Positions 48,608 through 58,850 of a DNA stretch of 64,000 nucleotides are shown piece by piece. A program made the translations under genes and the position numbers. The DNA lies in IMG/VR virus record IMGVR_UViG_3300031555_004294, positions 32,001-96,000 of that record; one strand, given 5' to 3'. Origin of the DNA: a virus. Taxonomy: Duplodnaviria > Caudoviricetes. The stretch's first letter is position 1; the number at the start of each line of letters is the position of its first letter. The notes below the pieces were generated by a model. It was given only the letters and a program-made list of their open reading frames with translations, had not been told where the DNA came from and searched no databases.

Positions 48608-48684
48608 GGGACATTAGCTCAGTTGGTCAGAGCATTCGGCTCATAACCGAACGGTCCAAGGTTCGAGACCTTGATGTCCCACCA
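48608..48684 (+). tRNA. tRNA-Ile2/Met(CAT), Ile2-like body
   Basis: TTCGG-CTCATAA-CCGAA; body resembles Firmicute lysidine tRNA-Ile2. Confidence 0.88.
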
Positions 48685-48689
48685 TATAT

Positions 48690-48765
48690 GATCCATTAGC
48701 TCAGATGGCAGAGCACATGACTTTTAATCATGGTGTCCGGAGTTCGACTCTCCGATGGATCACCA
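48690..48765 (+). tRNA. tRNA-Lys(TTT)
   Basis: CATGA-CTTTTAA-TCATG, CCA. Confidence 0.93.
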
Positions 48766-49023
48766 AAGGCAATTGTAACTATTTCTATAGCTTCAATTGT
48801 TTTCAATTTTTTACAACCCTATAAGTAGCATTCAAAGTTACTTATAGGGTGAAAATTTTATTTTTTTTTTTGCATTCTATACAATCTTTCCTATTTTTAT
48901 CATTTTAGTAGTTTAACCTTCTTAGAACAAAGTATTAATACAACTCTTGTATTGACAAACAATAAAAATTTCTTACAAAAACATCAGAAAATATATTACA
49001 TGAAAGGAGGGAAATTTGTAAAA

Positions 49024-52000
49024 ATGCCTAAAAATTTTGGTAAAAATTTAGCTAAATCTTTTAAGTATGGTGTTGTAGATACATTTTTAGAAAAGACTGC
49101 CCCAGATATAGCAGAACAATTAAAATCTGGTAAAGAAGATATTAAGTCTGCTTTAGAGAAAGCTAGTGCTTCTAACAATGGTAATATTAAGAAAAATCAA
49201 TCATCCAGTACTAAAAATGGTTTAGGTGATATGCGTAAAAACATACTAGCTGATATTAAATCTGGTAACTGGTTTGGTAATAAAGACCGAGCTGCACAGT
49301 CTATGATGAGTAGTATGGGCTTAGATGAAATGCTTGGTGATGATGATTTTTTAGATGGTTTAGACTTTAAAGAAGGTACTACAACTATTACTAAAGATCA
49401 AAAGACTGGAGATATTGATTTTTCATTTGAAACTACAAATGAAACTCATGTTACCGATAATCGTACTAACGTTCGTAATATCACTCAAATCCAAAATAAT
49501 AAAGTAGATGGCAAATTATTGGCTACTGTAACTTCACAGATGGTCGGTAATATGTCCACTATTTCTACACAAATTAAACAAATTTCTCAATTTCATCTAG
49601 ATGAAACTAGACGTTACTATAGTGATAGCTTGCGTCTGTTGACAGATATAAATGAAACTTTAAAGAAGTCTTATACCTTACAGACTCCTAAAGGTCAAAC
49701 TAGTGTGTTGAATGAGGTATTCAATGGTGGTAGTTTAAGTTTAGAAGCTTATGGAAAAGCTTTAACTAAGGGTATGATGGGTGGTATGCTGGATAAAGAT
49801 ACCATGGAAATGGGTAAAATGATGGTATCCAACCTGTTTGCTGACCCTATGAAAACTGCTATTGGTTTGGCTATGGATGCTGCTATACCTAAAGCTGTTA
49901 AGAAGGGTATGGGAGATTTAAATGAAAACTTCACTAAAACTATGAAGACATTGGTTTTACAGTTAAGTGAAGGTAAAAAAGGTAAAGGTAGTCCTTTACA
50001 AAAATTTTTAGGTAGTATTCTAGGTTTAGATTTAGGAACTGCTAAAGTTAAATTTGAAAACAAAGTTGTACCATTTGATAGTGAAACTAAACGTAGTATA
50101 GTTAATACTATCCCTGAATTATTACTTAAAATCCATGGTGCTATTACTAAGCTAGGCGGAACTGGAAATGGTACTGGTAGTGTAAAAGAACTTAAAATTG
50201 ATCCTGAAACAGGTCTACCAACTTATAAAGAAATAAAAAAAGAAAGAAAAGCAGATAGACAATTTGCTAGTAAATTAGTTGGTGATAAGTACGATTATAG
50301 TAGTGCTGGGTTATCTGAAGAAGGAATAAAAGCACAACAGACTATAGACAGACTAGAAAAGAAAATTAAAGAACTGCAAGATAAAAAGCTAGGTGTTCTT
50401 GATACAAGTCAAGATGGTAATATTTCTACTGCTAGAAAATTACTTCACAGACAGCAAATGTCTTTGTCTAGTGCTGATAGGGAAAAAATTAAAAAAGCTC
50501 AACTTTCTCGTGATGAAAATTTTGAGGAGTATTCTGAATTACTTTACAAACTTTATAGTACTTCAGATCGTGGACTAAATAGTTCTGTTTTAAAAACAAT
50601 TCAAGCTAAAGAATTTGATAGACGAGCTAATGGCGGAACAGTATCAGATAAATCTTTCGATCAAATGATAAAAGAATTATCACCTGAACAGCAAAAAGTA
50701 TTAGGTAAAATGATACGAGATATAGAAACTACACCAGGTAATAAAAAGTCTACTAAAAATACTAATAAAAAAGCTGGTGAAATTTGGTCAGAAGCTAAAG
50801 AAGGTAATAAAGGTTTTAAAGGCTTTTTTAGAACATTGGCTACTTTTACCAATGAATATTCCAAACAACTTTTTGACAATTTAAATAAAGGTCTGTCAAA
50901 CATAATGTTTGGTAATGAAAAAGGTCTTAAACATAATTTATCTAAAAAAGTTGGTTCATGGGCAGATAAACATGCGGATGACAAAGGACCACTTGGTTGG
51001 GTTGCAAAAAGAACTAAAGGATTTTTGGATAAACGTAAACAAGAAGAAGAGTTACGTCAAAAACAAATGGCTGACGATCAAAATGCAACTCGTATTGCTG
51101 TTGAAACTTTATTACAAGAAGCACAAAGTGATAACTGTATTTCTGTCAAAGTTCAACGTATTGGTGATAAAGCTAAAGAAACTTTTGAAAACATTCAAAA
51201 TAACGTAGCTGAAAAAATGGGTGTTGAAACTGATGGTAAAACTGGTAAAGAAATCAGAAAAGGCATCTTTGCATCTGCAAAACGCAAGTTTAAGAGTAAT
51301 TTTATCACAGATAAAATGAAAGAAGCAGGAATGTCTGAAGATGATAAGCTAACCACACTTTTACATCATCGTATGAAAGAATTTATGGAACCAATCACTG
51401 CTACTTTTAAAGAACAGTTCTTTGGTGATGATGAAGATTCTGTAAAAAACCAAATCAGATTCTTCTTAACTGGTAAGAAGAAAAAAGGTGATGAAAAGAC
51501 TGGTAAAAGTTTGTTAGATAGACTTTCTGGCGATTTTCTTAGCTATCTTAGAAATCCTGATGGAAAGAAAGAGATAAATAATCCAAATAGTTTCTTAAAT
51601 CAATGGAAAGAAATCGGTTTAACATTCTTTGAAGAGTTTAAGTATCTTACCAAGAATTTTATTAAGATGGCATTTAATGGTCTTAAGAGATACTATAAGT
51701 TTTTACTTGTTGATATTCCTAAGAAAGTTTTAGGTATGTTTGGTAGAACTAAAACTGGTGAAAAATTTAAATCTTTCGGACGTGAAATGGGCGAAAGAGT
51801 TATGGGTGTTACTAATGTTTTTAGAAGAATGTCAACTTCTTTACAAGAAGATCAAATCTCTAGAATAAACAAAAACTTTTTATCAGATGAAACAGAAGAA
51901 TACGATCTCAATAATGGTAAAAAAGGCAAACGTAGAAAGTTAAATGTTGATGCCATTAGCAGTGCATCTAACGAGGAAAAGGCACAACTTCTTAAGAACA

Positions 52001-55000
52001 AAGGTTTGATGGCCAGACTTAAAAAAGAAAATCCTGACTTAATTAAAGACCTTAAGATGTCTGTCGGCGAACGAACTATTGCAGACAAAATTAGTTCTTT
52101 ACAGTCTGCTTTAGTAGATGGTCCAAAGAGAATGGCAGCTCAATTTGTTGAAGGTCTTAGAGACTTTGAACGTTCTAAAGGTAAACATAGAGAAGAGATT
52201 AAAACCTATGAACACGAAGCTAAAAAAGAAGCTAAAAGTCGTGGTTTAAAAGGTAAGTCTAAAAAATCATTCATTCAAGATTATTCTAAGACTAAATTTG
52301 ACTTAGCACATGAAAGTGAATTTGGTGCTACTAAATATACTAAAGCAGCTGCAACCGATAAAGACGGTGTATTTGCTGCAGCTAAAGGTTCTTTTGATGC
52401 AGATGTTGCTAAGAAAGCTGAAGAAGAAAAAGCTAAACAAACTGCCGACCAACAAACTGCCGAAGCAACTAGTAAATTAGTTGAACAGAATGAAGAAGGT
52501 AAAGTAGAACGTAGTTCAAGATTTAAGAAAATCATAAGCTATGTGACTATGGGATTCTTACTCATGAAGGGTGGAACTAAAACTATTTCTACTGCTATCA
52601 AAGGTGTTGTTGGTGCTGTTAAAGTAGTAGCTAAGGTTATCAAAGGTGTAATTAAAATTTTAGCCGTTCCGCTTAAAATATTGAACGGTTTAACTAAGGG
52701 TGCTGCTGGTAAGTTAATAAGCAGTGGTCTATTAGTTACCATGCTTTATACGTATCTAGCTTCAAAAGTAATAACAGCTGGTAAGAAAGCTATAGAAGTT
52801 TTTAAAACTACTGGCAGAGGTATTGGAAAAGCAGCTAAATTTGTTGGTGGTGTTGGTAAAGGTATTGGTGGTGGTGTTTCTGGCTTTAGAAAATCTGAAT
52901 CCAAAGGCTTTATGGGAAAAATGAGTGACGGACTCAAAGGATTTAAATCTGGTTCTGGATTATTTAAGAACAAAGCAAATGTATCAGCTAATTCAGCATT
53001 AAACATCGATCAAGAAAAGATGCAAAATGATCCAGTATATCAAGCTAAAGTCTATGAAGCAGAAAAAATAAGAGATGCTGCTGATATAAGATATCAGGCT
53101 ACAATAGACCAAATTCAAGGTACTAATGAAACTGAAAAACTTATAGCAGAACAAAAGCTGAAAAATAATGCAGCTAATTTAGCTGAAGAACAAAAAGGCT
53201 TTAAGGGTTTCTTGGCAAAAATGTTTGCTAAAAGAACTGCTAATGAAGCAACCATAGAAGGTATGAAAACAGCAGCCGCTACAACTATTACAACATCTGA
53301 AATAACTGGAGAATCCACGAGTTTAATGCAACGACTGAAAATGAAGCTTACGGGTGCTCAAACAGATGTTGCTATAAAATCTACTGCTGCTACTGGTACA
53401 GCTGTAACTGATAGTGTTTCAAGTCCTCTTTCTTCTGCTGTTGAAGCACTTGCCAATGTAGCAAGTGGTATACCAGTAATAGGTCCTGCTGTAAGTGCTG
53501 CAATTGCTGCTTTTGGTGGACCTATTGTTAGTGCGTTACCACTCTTAGCCCCTGCAATACTTATTCCTATTATTGGGAGTATAGCTGCTAGTGGTAAAGT
53601 CAAAGATATAGGTAAAACTATTGGAAGTAAAATTGGTGGTCTTGCTAAGAAGTTTAATATTAAATCTATCTTCAAAAAAGCTATGGCTGGTTCTAAGATG
53701 AAAAAGGCAAAAAATGCGTCCAAAAGAGAGAAAGAAAAAGAACGTCTTAAAGCAATTATGTCTAGTAAACTCTTTAAATTTGCTCCACTTCCAGTAAAAC
53801 TCCCAATTTTTGCAAGAGCAAAAATGCTTGGTATAACAAAAGAAGAAATGGATGAATATAAAGAGCAGAAAAAAGAAGATAAACGTAACAAGATGAAAGA
53901 AAGAATTAAGGCTGTCATAACTAGTGAAGAGTTTACTAAGATGAGTAAGCCTAAACAAATTTTCTGGAAATTCTTAGCTAAAAAGTATGGTGTATCTACA
54001 AATGCAAGTCAAACTAATGCTACAGCTTCAGCTATAGGTAGCTTAAATGACCTGAATAAGAATGCATCTCCTTCTGTTCTTGCTTCTGCTATGACACCAG
54101 TTGTTGGTCAAGAACAAGATGGAATGATCTGGACTGGCGGTAAGTGGGAAAGTAAGGCTAACTTAAAAGTTGGTCGTTCCATTGGTAATTCAGTCTGGGA
54201 TGGTGAAAAGTTAGTAGCTAAATCCAAAGACGAAGAAAATAAGAATGAAAAGGCTTTCAATGAAAAAGTCTTATCAACTGGTTTATTAGGTGAAACAATG
54301 GATAGCAAGACTACTAGTTCAAGTTCACTAGGTAGCAAGTTGAAAAAACTTGTTGGTAACTCTTTAGCATCTATTAAAGATGGTATATCTAATATCCTTG
54401 GACTTAACAAAGATACAAATAGTTCTTCTTCAACTAGTTCTATTGGTAGTTCATCTTATGCTCCATCATCTGGTTTAGCTGGTAAAGCATCTAATTCTCC
54501 CACTGTAATGCAAGGTGCATCTTCTTCAATGAAAGCTTCTACAGAAGCAGAAGGAGCTGCTAAAGTAAATACAAGTTACGCTTCTGGTTCTGAGTTAGTA
54601 AATGGTTTCCCATATTTTAGACAAGGTGATGACCGTTGGGGTAATGTTATGTACTCTGCTACTGGTGATTCAAGTCAGACTATTCGTTCTTCTGCTTGTG
54701 GACCTACTAGTGCTGCAATGGTACTACGTTCATTCGGTGTAAATGTTACTCCTGTAGAAACTTCTGCTTGGAGTGTAGCTAATGGATACCGAACTGCAAA
54801 TAATGGTACGTCTCATGCATTTATGACTGCTATTGGTAAGAAATATGGATTAACTGTAGACTCTATTGGTAATAATATTGAAGCTGCTGAAAGTTATTTA
54901 GCTAAAGGTCTTCCTATTATTTCTACTGGTAAGGGTTCTGCTCCATTTACTACTGGAGGACACTTTATTGTACTTAGCGGTACTGACGGTAAGGGTAACT

Positions 55001-55617
55001 TCTTTGTTAACGACCCAGTTAGTAAAGAACGTTCTAAAAAGTACTCTAAAGCTGATCTCAAGTCTAAAATCCGTGGTATGTGGGTATTCTCTAAGAATGG
55101 TAAGGGTTCTATTGGTAATATTCCAACTACAGTTGAATCCTCTAGTACTAGTACATTACCTTCTGTAGTACCTAGTATACCTGCAAGTACAGCTATCAGT
55201 AATGTAGATACAACAACTGCTATACCTACTAGTTATGATACGACTTCAAGTAATGTAGCTGCTGCTGTTACAAATAACGCAGTCACGAAGGCAACTTCTA
55301 CAGGTTCTTCTGGTTACACAGAAGTATTGACAAAACTAACCACTATTAGTACCATTTTGGCTAATATTGCTTCTTATGATCAGACTACTGCTGAAAGTAT
55401 TAAGAAGTTTTTAGAGGAATCTTCTAATGAAAATGGAACTAATAATGAAACAGTTACAAACAATGATACAAAAACAGTAATTTCTAATGGAGGAAATAAT
55501 AACTTCTTCACATCTTCAAATTCAAGCTATATCAATTCTAGATTTGGACAAAATCCCAATTCGATTTATGCTAGGTTCTTAAGACCATCTACAATAGAAA
55601 TAGCAAAAGGTAATTAA
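49024..55617 (+). CDS. Tape-measure-like giant tail protein with C-terminal C39-like cysteine peptidase domain
   Basis: About 2200 aa, K/G/A-rich helical; PYFRQGDDRWG...ACGPTSAAMV...GHFIVL...VNDP; likely ATG 49024 after AAAGGAGG; late motif at 48926. Confidence 0.75.
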   Translation: MPKNFGKNLAKSFKYGVVDTFLEKTAPDIAEQLKSGKEDIKSALEKASASNNGNIKKNQSSSTKNGLGDMRKNILADIKSGNWFGNKDRAAQSMMSSMGLDEMLGDDDFLDGLDFKEGTTTITKDQKTGDIDFSFETTNETHVTDNRTNVRNITQIQNNKVDGKLLATVTSQMVGNMSTISTQIKQISQFHLDETRRYYSDSLRLLTDINETLKKSYTLQTPKGQTSVLNEVFNGGSLSLEAYGKALTKGMMGGMLDKDTMEMGKMMVSNLFADPMKTAIGLAMDAAIPKAVKKGMGDLNENFTKTMKTLVLQLSEGKKGKGSPLQKFLGSILGLDLGTAKVKFENKVVPFDSETKRSIVNTIPELLLKIHGAITKLGGTGNGTGSVKELKIDPETGLPTYKEIKKERKADRQFASKLVGDKYDYSSAGLSEEGIKAQQTIDRLEKKIKELQDKKLGVLDTSQDGNISTARKLLHRQQMSLSSADREKIKKAQLSRDENFEEYSELLYKLYSTSDRGLNSSVLKTIQAKEFDRRANGGTVSDKSFDQMIKELSPEQQKVLGKMIRDIETTPGNKKSTKNTNKKAGEIWSEAKEGNKGFKGFFRTLATFTNEYSKQLFDNLNKGLSNIMFGNEKGLKHNLSKKVGSWADKHADDKGPLGWVAKRTKGFLDKRKQEEELRQKQMADDQNATRIAVETLLQEAQSDNCISVKVQRIGDKAKETFENIQNNVAEKMGVETDGKTGKEIRKGIFASAKRKFKSNFITDKMKEAGMSEDDKLTTLLHHRMKEFMEPITATFKEQFFGDDEDSVKNQIRFFLTGKKKKGDEKTGKSLLDRLSGDFLSYLRNPDGKKEINNPNSFLNQWKEIGLTFFEEFKYLTKNFIKMAFNGLKRYYKFLLVDIPKKVLGMFGRTKTGEKFKSFGREMGERVMGVTNVFRRMSTSLQEDQISRINKNFLSDETEEYDLNNGKKGKRRKLNVDAISSASNEEKAQLLKNKGLMARLKKENPDLIKDLKMSVGERTIADKISSLQSALVDGPKRMAAQFVEGLRDFERSKGKHREEIKTYEHEAKKEAKSRGLKGKSKKSFIQDYSKTKFDLAHESEFGATKYTKAAATDKDGVFAAAKGSFDADVAKKAEEEKAKQTADQQTAEATSKLVEQNEEGKVERSSRFKKIISYVTMGFLLMKGGTKTISTAIKGVVGAVKVVAKVIKGVIKILAVPLKILNGLTKGAAGKLISSGLLVTMLYTYLASKVITAGKKAIEVFKTTGRGIGKAAKFVGGVGKGIGGGVSGFRKSESKGFMGKMSDGLKGFKSGSGLFKNKANVSANSALNIDQEKMQNDPVYQAKVYEAEKIRDAADIRYQATIDQIQGTNETEKLIAEQKLKNNAANLAEEQKGFKGFLAKMFAKRTANEATIEGMKTAAATTITTSEITGESTSLMQRLKMKLTGAQTDVAIKSTAATGTAVTDSVSSPLSSAVEALANVASGIPVIGPAVSAAIAAFGGPIVSALPLLAPAILIPIIGSIAASGKVKDIGKTIGSKIGGLAKKFNIKSIFKKAMAGSKMKKAKNASKREKEKERLKAIMSSKLFKFAPLPVKLPIFARAKMLGITKEEMDEYKEQKKEDKRNKMKERIKAVITSEEFTKMSKPKQIFWKFLAKKYGVSTNASQTNATASAIGSLNDLNKNASPSVLASAMTPVVGQEQDGMIWTGGKWESKANLKVGRSIGNSVWDGEKLVAKSKDEENKNEKAFNEKVLSTGLLGETMDSKTTSSSSLGSKLKKLVGNSLASIKDGISNILGLNKDTNSSSSTSSIGSSSYAPSSGLAGKASNSPTVMQGASSSMKASTEAEGAAKVNTSYASGSELVNGFPYFRQGDDRWGNVMYSATGDSSQTIRSSACGPTSAAMVLRSFGVNVTPVETSAWSVANGYRTANNGTSHAFMTAIGKKYGLTVDSIGNNIEAAESYLAKGLPIISTGKGSAPFTTGGHFIVLSGTDGKGNFFVNDPVSKERSKKYSKADLKSKIRGMWVFSKNGKGSIGNIPTTVESSSTSTLPSVVPSIPASTAISNVDTTTAIPTSYDTTSSNVAAAVTNNAVTKATSTGSSGYTEVLTKLTTISTILANIASYDQTTAESIKKFLEESSNENGTNNETVTNNDTKTVISNGGNNNFFTSSNSSYINSRFGQNPNSIYARFLRPSTIEIAKGN

Positions 55618-55742
55618 GAAATTACAGTTTTCTGACAAAATAAAAAAGTTACTCTAATGACATCATGAAGAAATTTTATTTCATAAAGTTGTCATTAGAG
55701 TAACTAAAAATTATAAAAGAAAGTTGAGGTGAAGAATTAAAA

Positions 55743-57611
55743 ATGGCATATAATATTCCAAACAGTATTGAGTATATAACATACGAAGTACAAGACGGTG
55801 ATACTTATGAATCTATTGCAAAGAAATTTAATATAACTATGGCTGAAATTGTCACCTTGAATAATCTTGATGCTACTGATTTTGATACACTTTACATTGG
55901 TTCAACTTTAAAAGTAGGTCTGCGAGATAAAACTACTGGAAATTTAGTTTCTACTGGTATTACTACTGATGACAACATAGAAAAGACTCTTAGAGAAGCC
56001 TCCTTACAAACTATAAGTGTTGATAGCGTAACACAAGAAACATTAAACAGAATAAAGGAAGAGTATAATAAAGGTGGATTACCATCAATAGTAAATGAGT
56101 TAGTTTATTTAGGTGAACTCGGTTATACTAAAGATGAAGTACTTTTATTGCTAAACGATTATTCCGTAAATCTTGATTTATCGAATGTTAATATATTTGA
56201 ACTATCAAATGCTGTAATTAATGCACTTAAAGAATCAGAAAAAAGAAATTCTACTTATGATGACTCAGATTTAAGTAAAGATACTATACTTGGATTACCA
56301 TTTAGATATAATACTTACACTGATCCTAGACGTAGAGTTTATAATAGTACATTTATGGCTGATGCAAGTATTGTTTCTATAATTCCTGGCAGACCTCTAT
56401 TTAGAGGATCAGACGATGATGATAGTGTAGAACCTATAAAAACTATAAGAGAACTTTTTGAATACAGTGATGATGAAGATGATATTTTAAGTACGACTCA
56501 GGAAGCACTGTTAAATACTGATGAGGCTATTTTAAGTTTCCTTCAAAGAAGTCAGAAAAATAATATAGAAAATGGTGACTTGCGATATTACAGATTTAAG
56601 GATGACTACATGGAATTTTTGAAATACTTAGATCTAAACATTTCAACATTAGCTGTTAAAATGGGTGTAGGTGATTTAATAACAGCCAGTTACACTGACT
56701 TTATGAAAAATATAGAAAGTGACTCTATATTTAACATTAGCCATGCCTTTAAATTTTTCTGTACTAAGAGTGGCTCTAGTACCAATGAGTCAATTAGTAA
56801 TGAGTTTGGTGACTCGCAACTTGCAGGCACAATGAATGGCGTTTCGGATACAGCAAATGAATTAATGTATCTTTTAGGAGAAGCTGGTACAGGAGTAAGT
56901 AAATACGCATCAGATCTAGCTAGTACTTTAACTGAAACTATGGATAGTTTAATTAGTGGTATTTTTGATAAAGCATCTGGTTCTGTAAAACAATTAGGTG
57001 GTTCTATTGGAGCTGCTGTAAGCGGAAATAAGGTTATCTGGCCACAAATATGGAAAAACTCCTCTTTCCAAAGATCGTATAATTTTTCTTTTGAGTTTGT
57101 TTCTCCATATGGTTCTCCTGAAGCTATTTTCCGTTATGTATATTTACCTTTCTTGACATTATTAACATTAGCTTCTCCAAAGCAATATGGTACTAATGGC
57201 TATGGTAGTCCTTTTTTAATTAGAATAGATATGCCTGGTTTCTGTACAAGTGATTTATCTGTCATTCAGAATATGTCATGGAAAAAAGGTGGTAATGATG
57301 GTTTATTTACTAACGATGGACTTCCTTTAGCTATGACTGTCGATATTACCGTTCAAGATCTTTATCCAAACATGGCTATGTCAAGAACATATGCACATTT
57401 ACGACATAATACTGGAATGCATGGATTCCTTGACAATCTTGCAGGTTTAACTGTACAGAGATTTTCTCCATTTGAGAATATAAAGAACAGCTTAGTTACT
57501 AGAGCAGCTAATATCCTTGGTGGTGTTGACCGTTCTCTTGGTGAAGGTTTAAAATCTAAAGTTTATTCTATTTCTGCTAATAGTATCTTTGGTTCCATTT
57601 ATAACGATTAA
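55743..57611 (+). CDS. LysM-containing baseplate/tail-associated virion protein
   Basis: YEVQDGDTYESIAKKFNIT LysM; WPQIWKNSSFQRSYNFSFEFVSPYG tube-initiator-like region. Confidence 0.7.
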   Translation: MAYNIPNSIEYITYEVQDGDTYESIAKKFNITMAEIVTLNNLDATDFDTLYIGSTLKVGLRDKTTGNLVSTGITTDDNIEKTLREASLQTISVDSVTQETLNRIKEEYNKGGLPSIVNELVYLGELGYTKDEVLLLLNDYSVNLDLSNVNIFELSNAVINALKESEKRNSTYDDSDLSKDTILGLPFRYNTYTDPRRRVYNSTFMADASIVSIIPGRPLFRGSDDDDSVEPIKTIRELFEYSDDEDDILSTTQEALLNTDEAILSFLQRSQKNNIENGDLRYYRFKDDYMEFLKYLDLNISTLAVKMGVGDLITASYTDFMKNIESDSIFNISHAFKFFCTKSGSSTNESISNEFGDSQLAGTMNGVSDTANELMYLLGEAGTGVSKYASDLASTLTETMDSLISGIFDKASGSVKQLGGSIGAAVSGNKVIWPQIWKNSSFQRSYNFSFEFVSPYGSPEAIFRYVYLPFLTLLTLASPKQYGTNGYGSPFLIRIDMPGFCTSDLSVIQNMSWKKGGNDGLFTNDGLPLAMTVDITVQDLYPNMAMSRTYAHLRHNTGMHGFLDNLAGLTVQRFSPFENIKNSLVTRAANILGGVDRSLGEGLKSKVYSISANSIFGSIYND

Positions 57612-57679
57612 CAATTTTGTATTTTTTATAAAAAATTTGAAACTATCAATTCATTAATAAGATTTGCGAAAGAATTGAG

Positions 57680-58234
57680 GTGAATTATAGTTTGGGTGAT
57701 TTATCTGAAAAGGAAATACAAAAATATGAAAAGCTAAAAGCTAAGATAGAACTTAACAATCCTTGGCATAGTATTGAATTTTTTTTAAACATAGAGCCAG
57801 AGCCTTATGCTCGACCTAGAAAATCTAGAAAGTTGGAACAACTAGGAAAAAATAATGTTTTCTACAATCCTAGATCTAGTTATCATAAGAAACTGAGAAA
57901 AGAAATAGAGCGTCAGATAACTGAGCGGATTAGAGGTTTTCAGCTTGTAGATGGAGAAGTTCATTTATATGCTGAATTTGGTCTTGTACCACCTAAAGCA
58001 TATACTAAAAGCAAAAATAAGTGGCAATTACTTACAGACAGGATTATAACACCTACAGTTAGACCTGATATAGATAACTGGATTAAACCAATTATGGACG
58101 TTTTAAACAAATTAGTTTATACTGATGACGGACAAATTACCAGACTATGTGTTGATAAAGTTTATTCAGTTCTAGAACATCCATATGTAAAAATACGCAT
58201 AAATTATAGACAAGATCCTATAAAATTAAGGTGA
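57680..58234 (+). CDS. rusA: RusA-family Holliday junction resolvase
   Basis: PEPYARPR, RPDIDNWIKPIMDVL...DDGQI. Confidence 0.88.
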   Translation: MNYSLGDLSEKEIQKYEKLKAKIELNNPWHSIEFFLNIEPEPYARPRKSRKLEQLGKNNVFYNPRSSYHKKLRKEIERQITERIRGFQLVDGEVHLYAEFGLVPPKAYTKSKNKWQLLTDRIITPTVRPDIDNWIKPIMDVLNKLVYTDDGQITRLCVDKVYSVLEHPYVKIRINYRQDPIKLR

Positions 58235-58257
58235 AAAGGAGGAAACAAAGACAAATT

Positions 58258-58803
58258 ATGCACACTAATACTGATTTTTTAGACAGTTCTGAGATTTTAA
58301 CAGAGCAAGATTACTCTGATTTAAGAGACATACAAGACATTAAGAAACAAGTACTTTCTTACATTGACATGTCAATTTTAGTTAATTACATTTCTAAACT
58401 TATAGATGACTCTCCTTTTCTTTCTTTTAAAAATGAGAGATCAAAGAAGTATATTGATAAGCGTAGACCAATTTTCTATATAAAGGTTGACAAAGAAAAG
58501 ACTTTAGCTTCAAAAGTTTATAACGATAGAAACGTTAAGTTTAACAGTCAAGATGATGAAGTAAAATTTTTCTTTAACGTGGTTTACATGGAAGTAATAT
58601 CCAATGTTACTAGCTACATTACTGCGTCTCTAAAACAAAATCCTGATTTAGAAAACTATATTGCTGAAAAAGACATTTTTAAAGATATCAAAAAAGAAAA
58701 TCGTAAAACTATAGCAGACCAAACTGCAGTTTTATCTACTATGTTTGGTGTTCGCTTTTCTCAAGATGACTCTACTGTAATCACATTAGAGATGCTTCTA
58801 TAA
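58258..58803 (+). CDS. Hypothetical protein
   Basis: ATG 58258 after AAAGGAGG. Confidence 0.6.
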   Translation: MHTNTDFLDSSEILTEQDYSDLRDIQDIKKQVLSYIDMSILVNYISKLIDDSPFLSFKNERSKKYIDKRRPIFYIKVDKEKTLASKVYNDRNVKFNSQDDEVKFFFNVVYMEVISNVTSYITASLKQNPDLENYIAEKDIFKDIKKENRKTIADQTAVLSTMFGVRFSQDDSTVITLEMLL

Positions 58804-58808
58804 AAACT

Positions 58809-58850
58809 CCCCTTAAAGACTTTATGTCTTTAAGGGGAAAATTTTTATTT
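58809..58850. terminator. Bidirectional terminator
   Basis: CCCCTTAAAGAC / GTCTTTAAGGGG stem between convergent genes. Confidence 0.75.
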
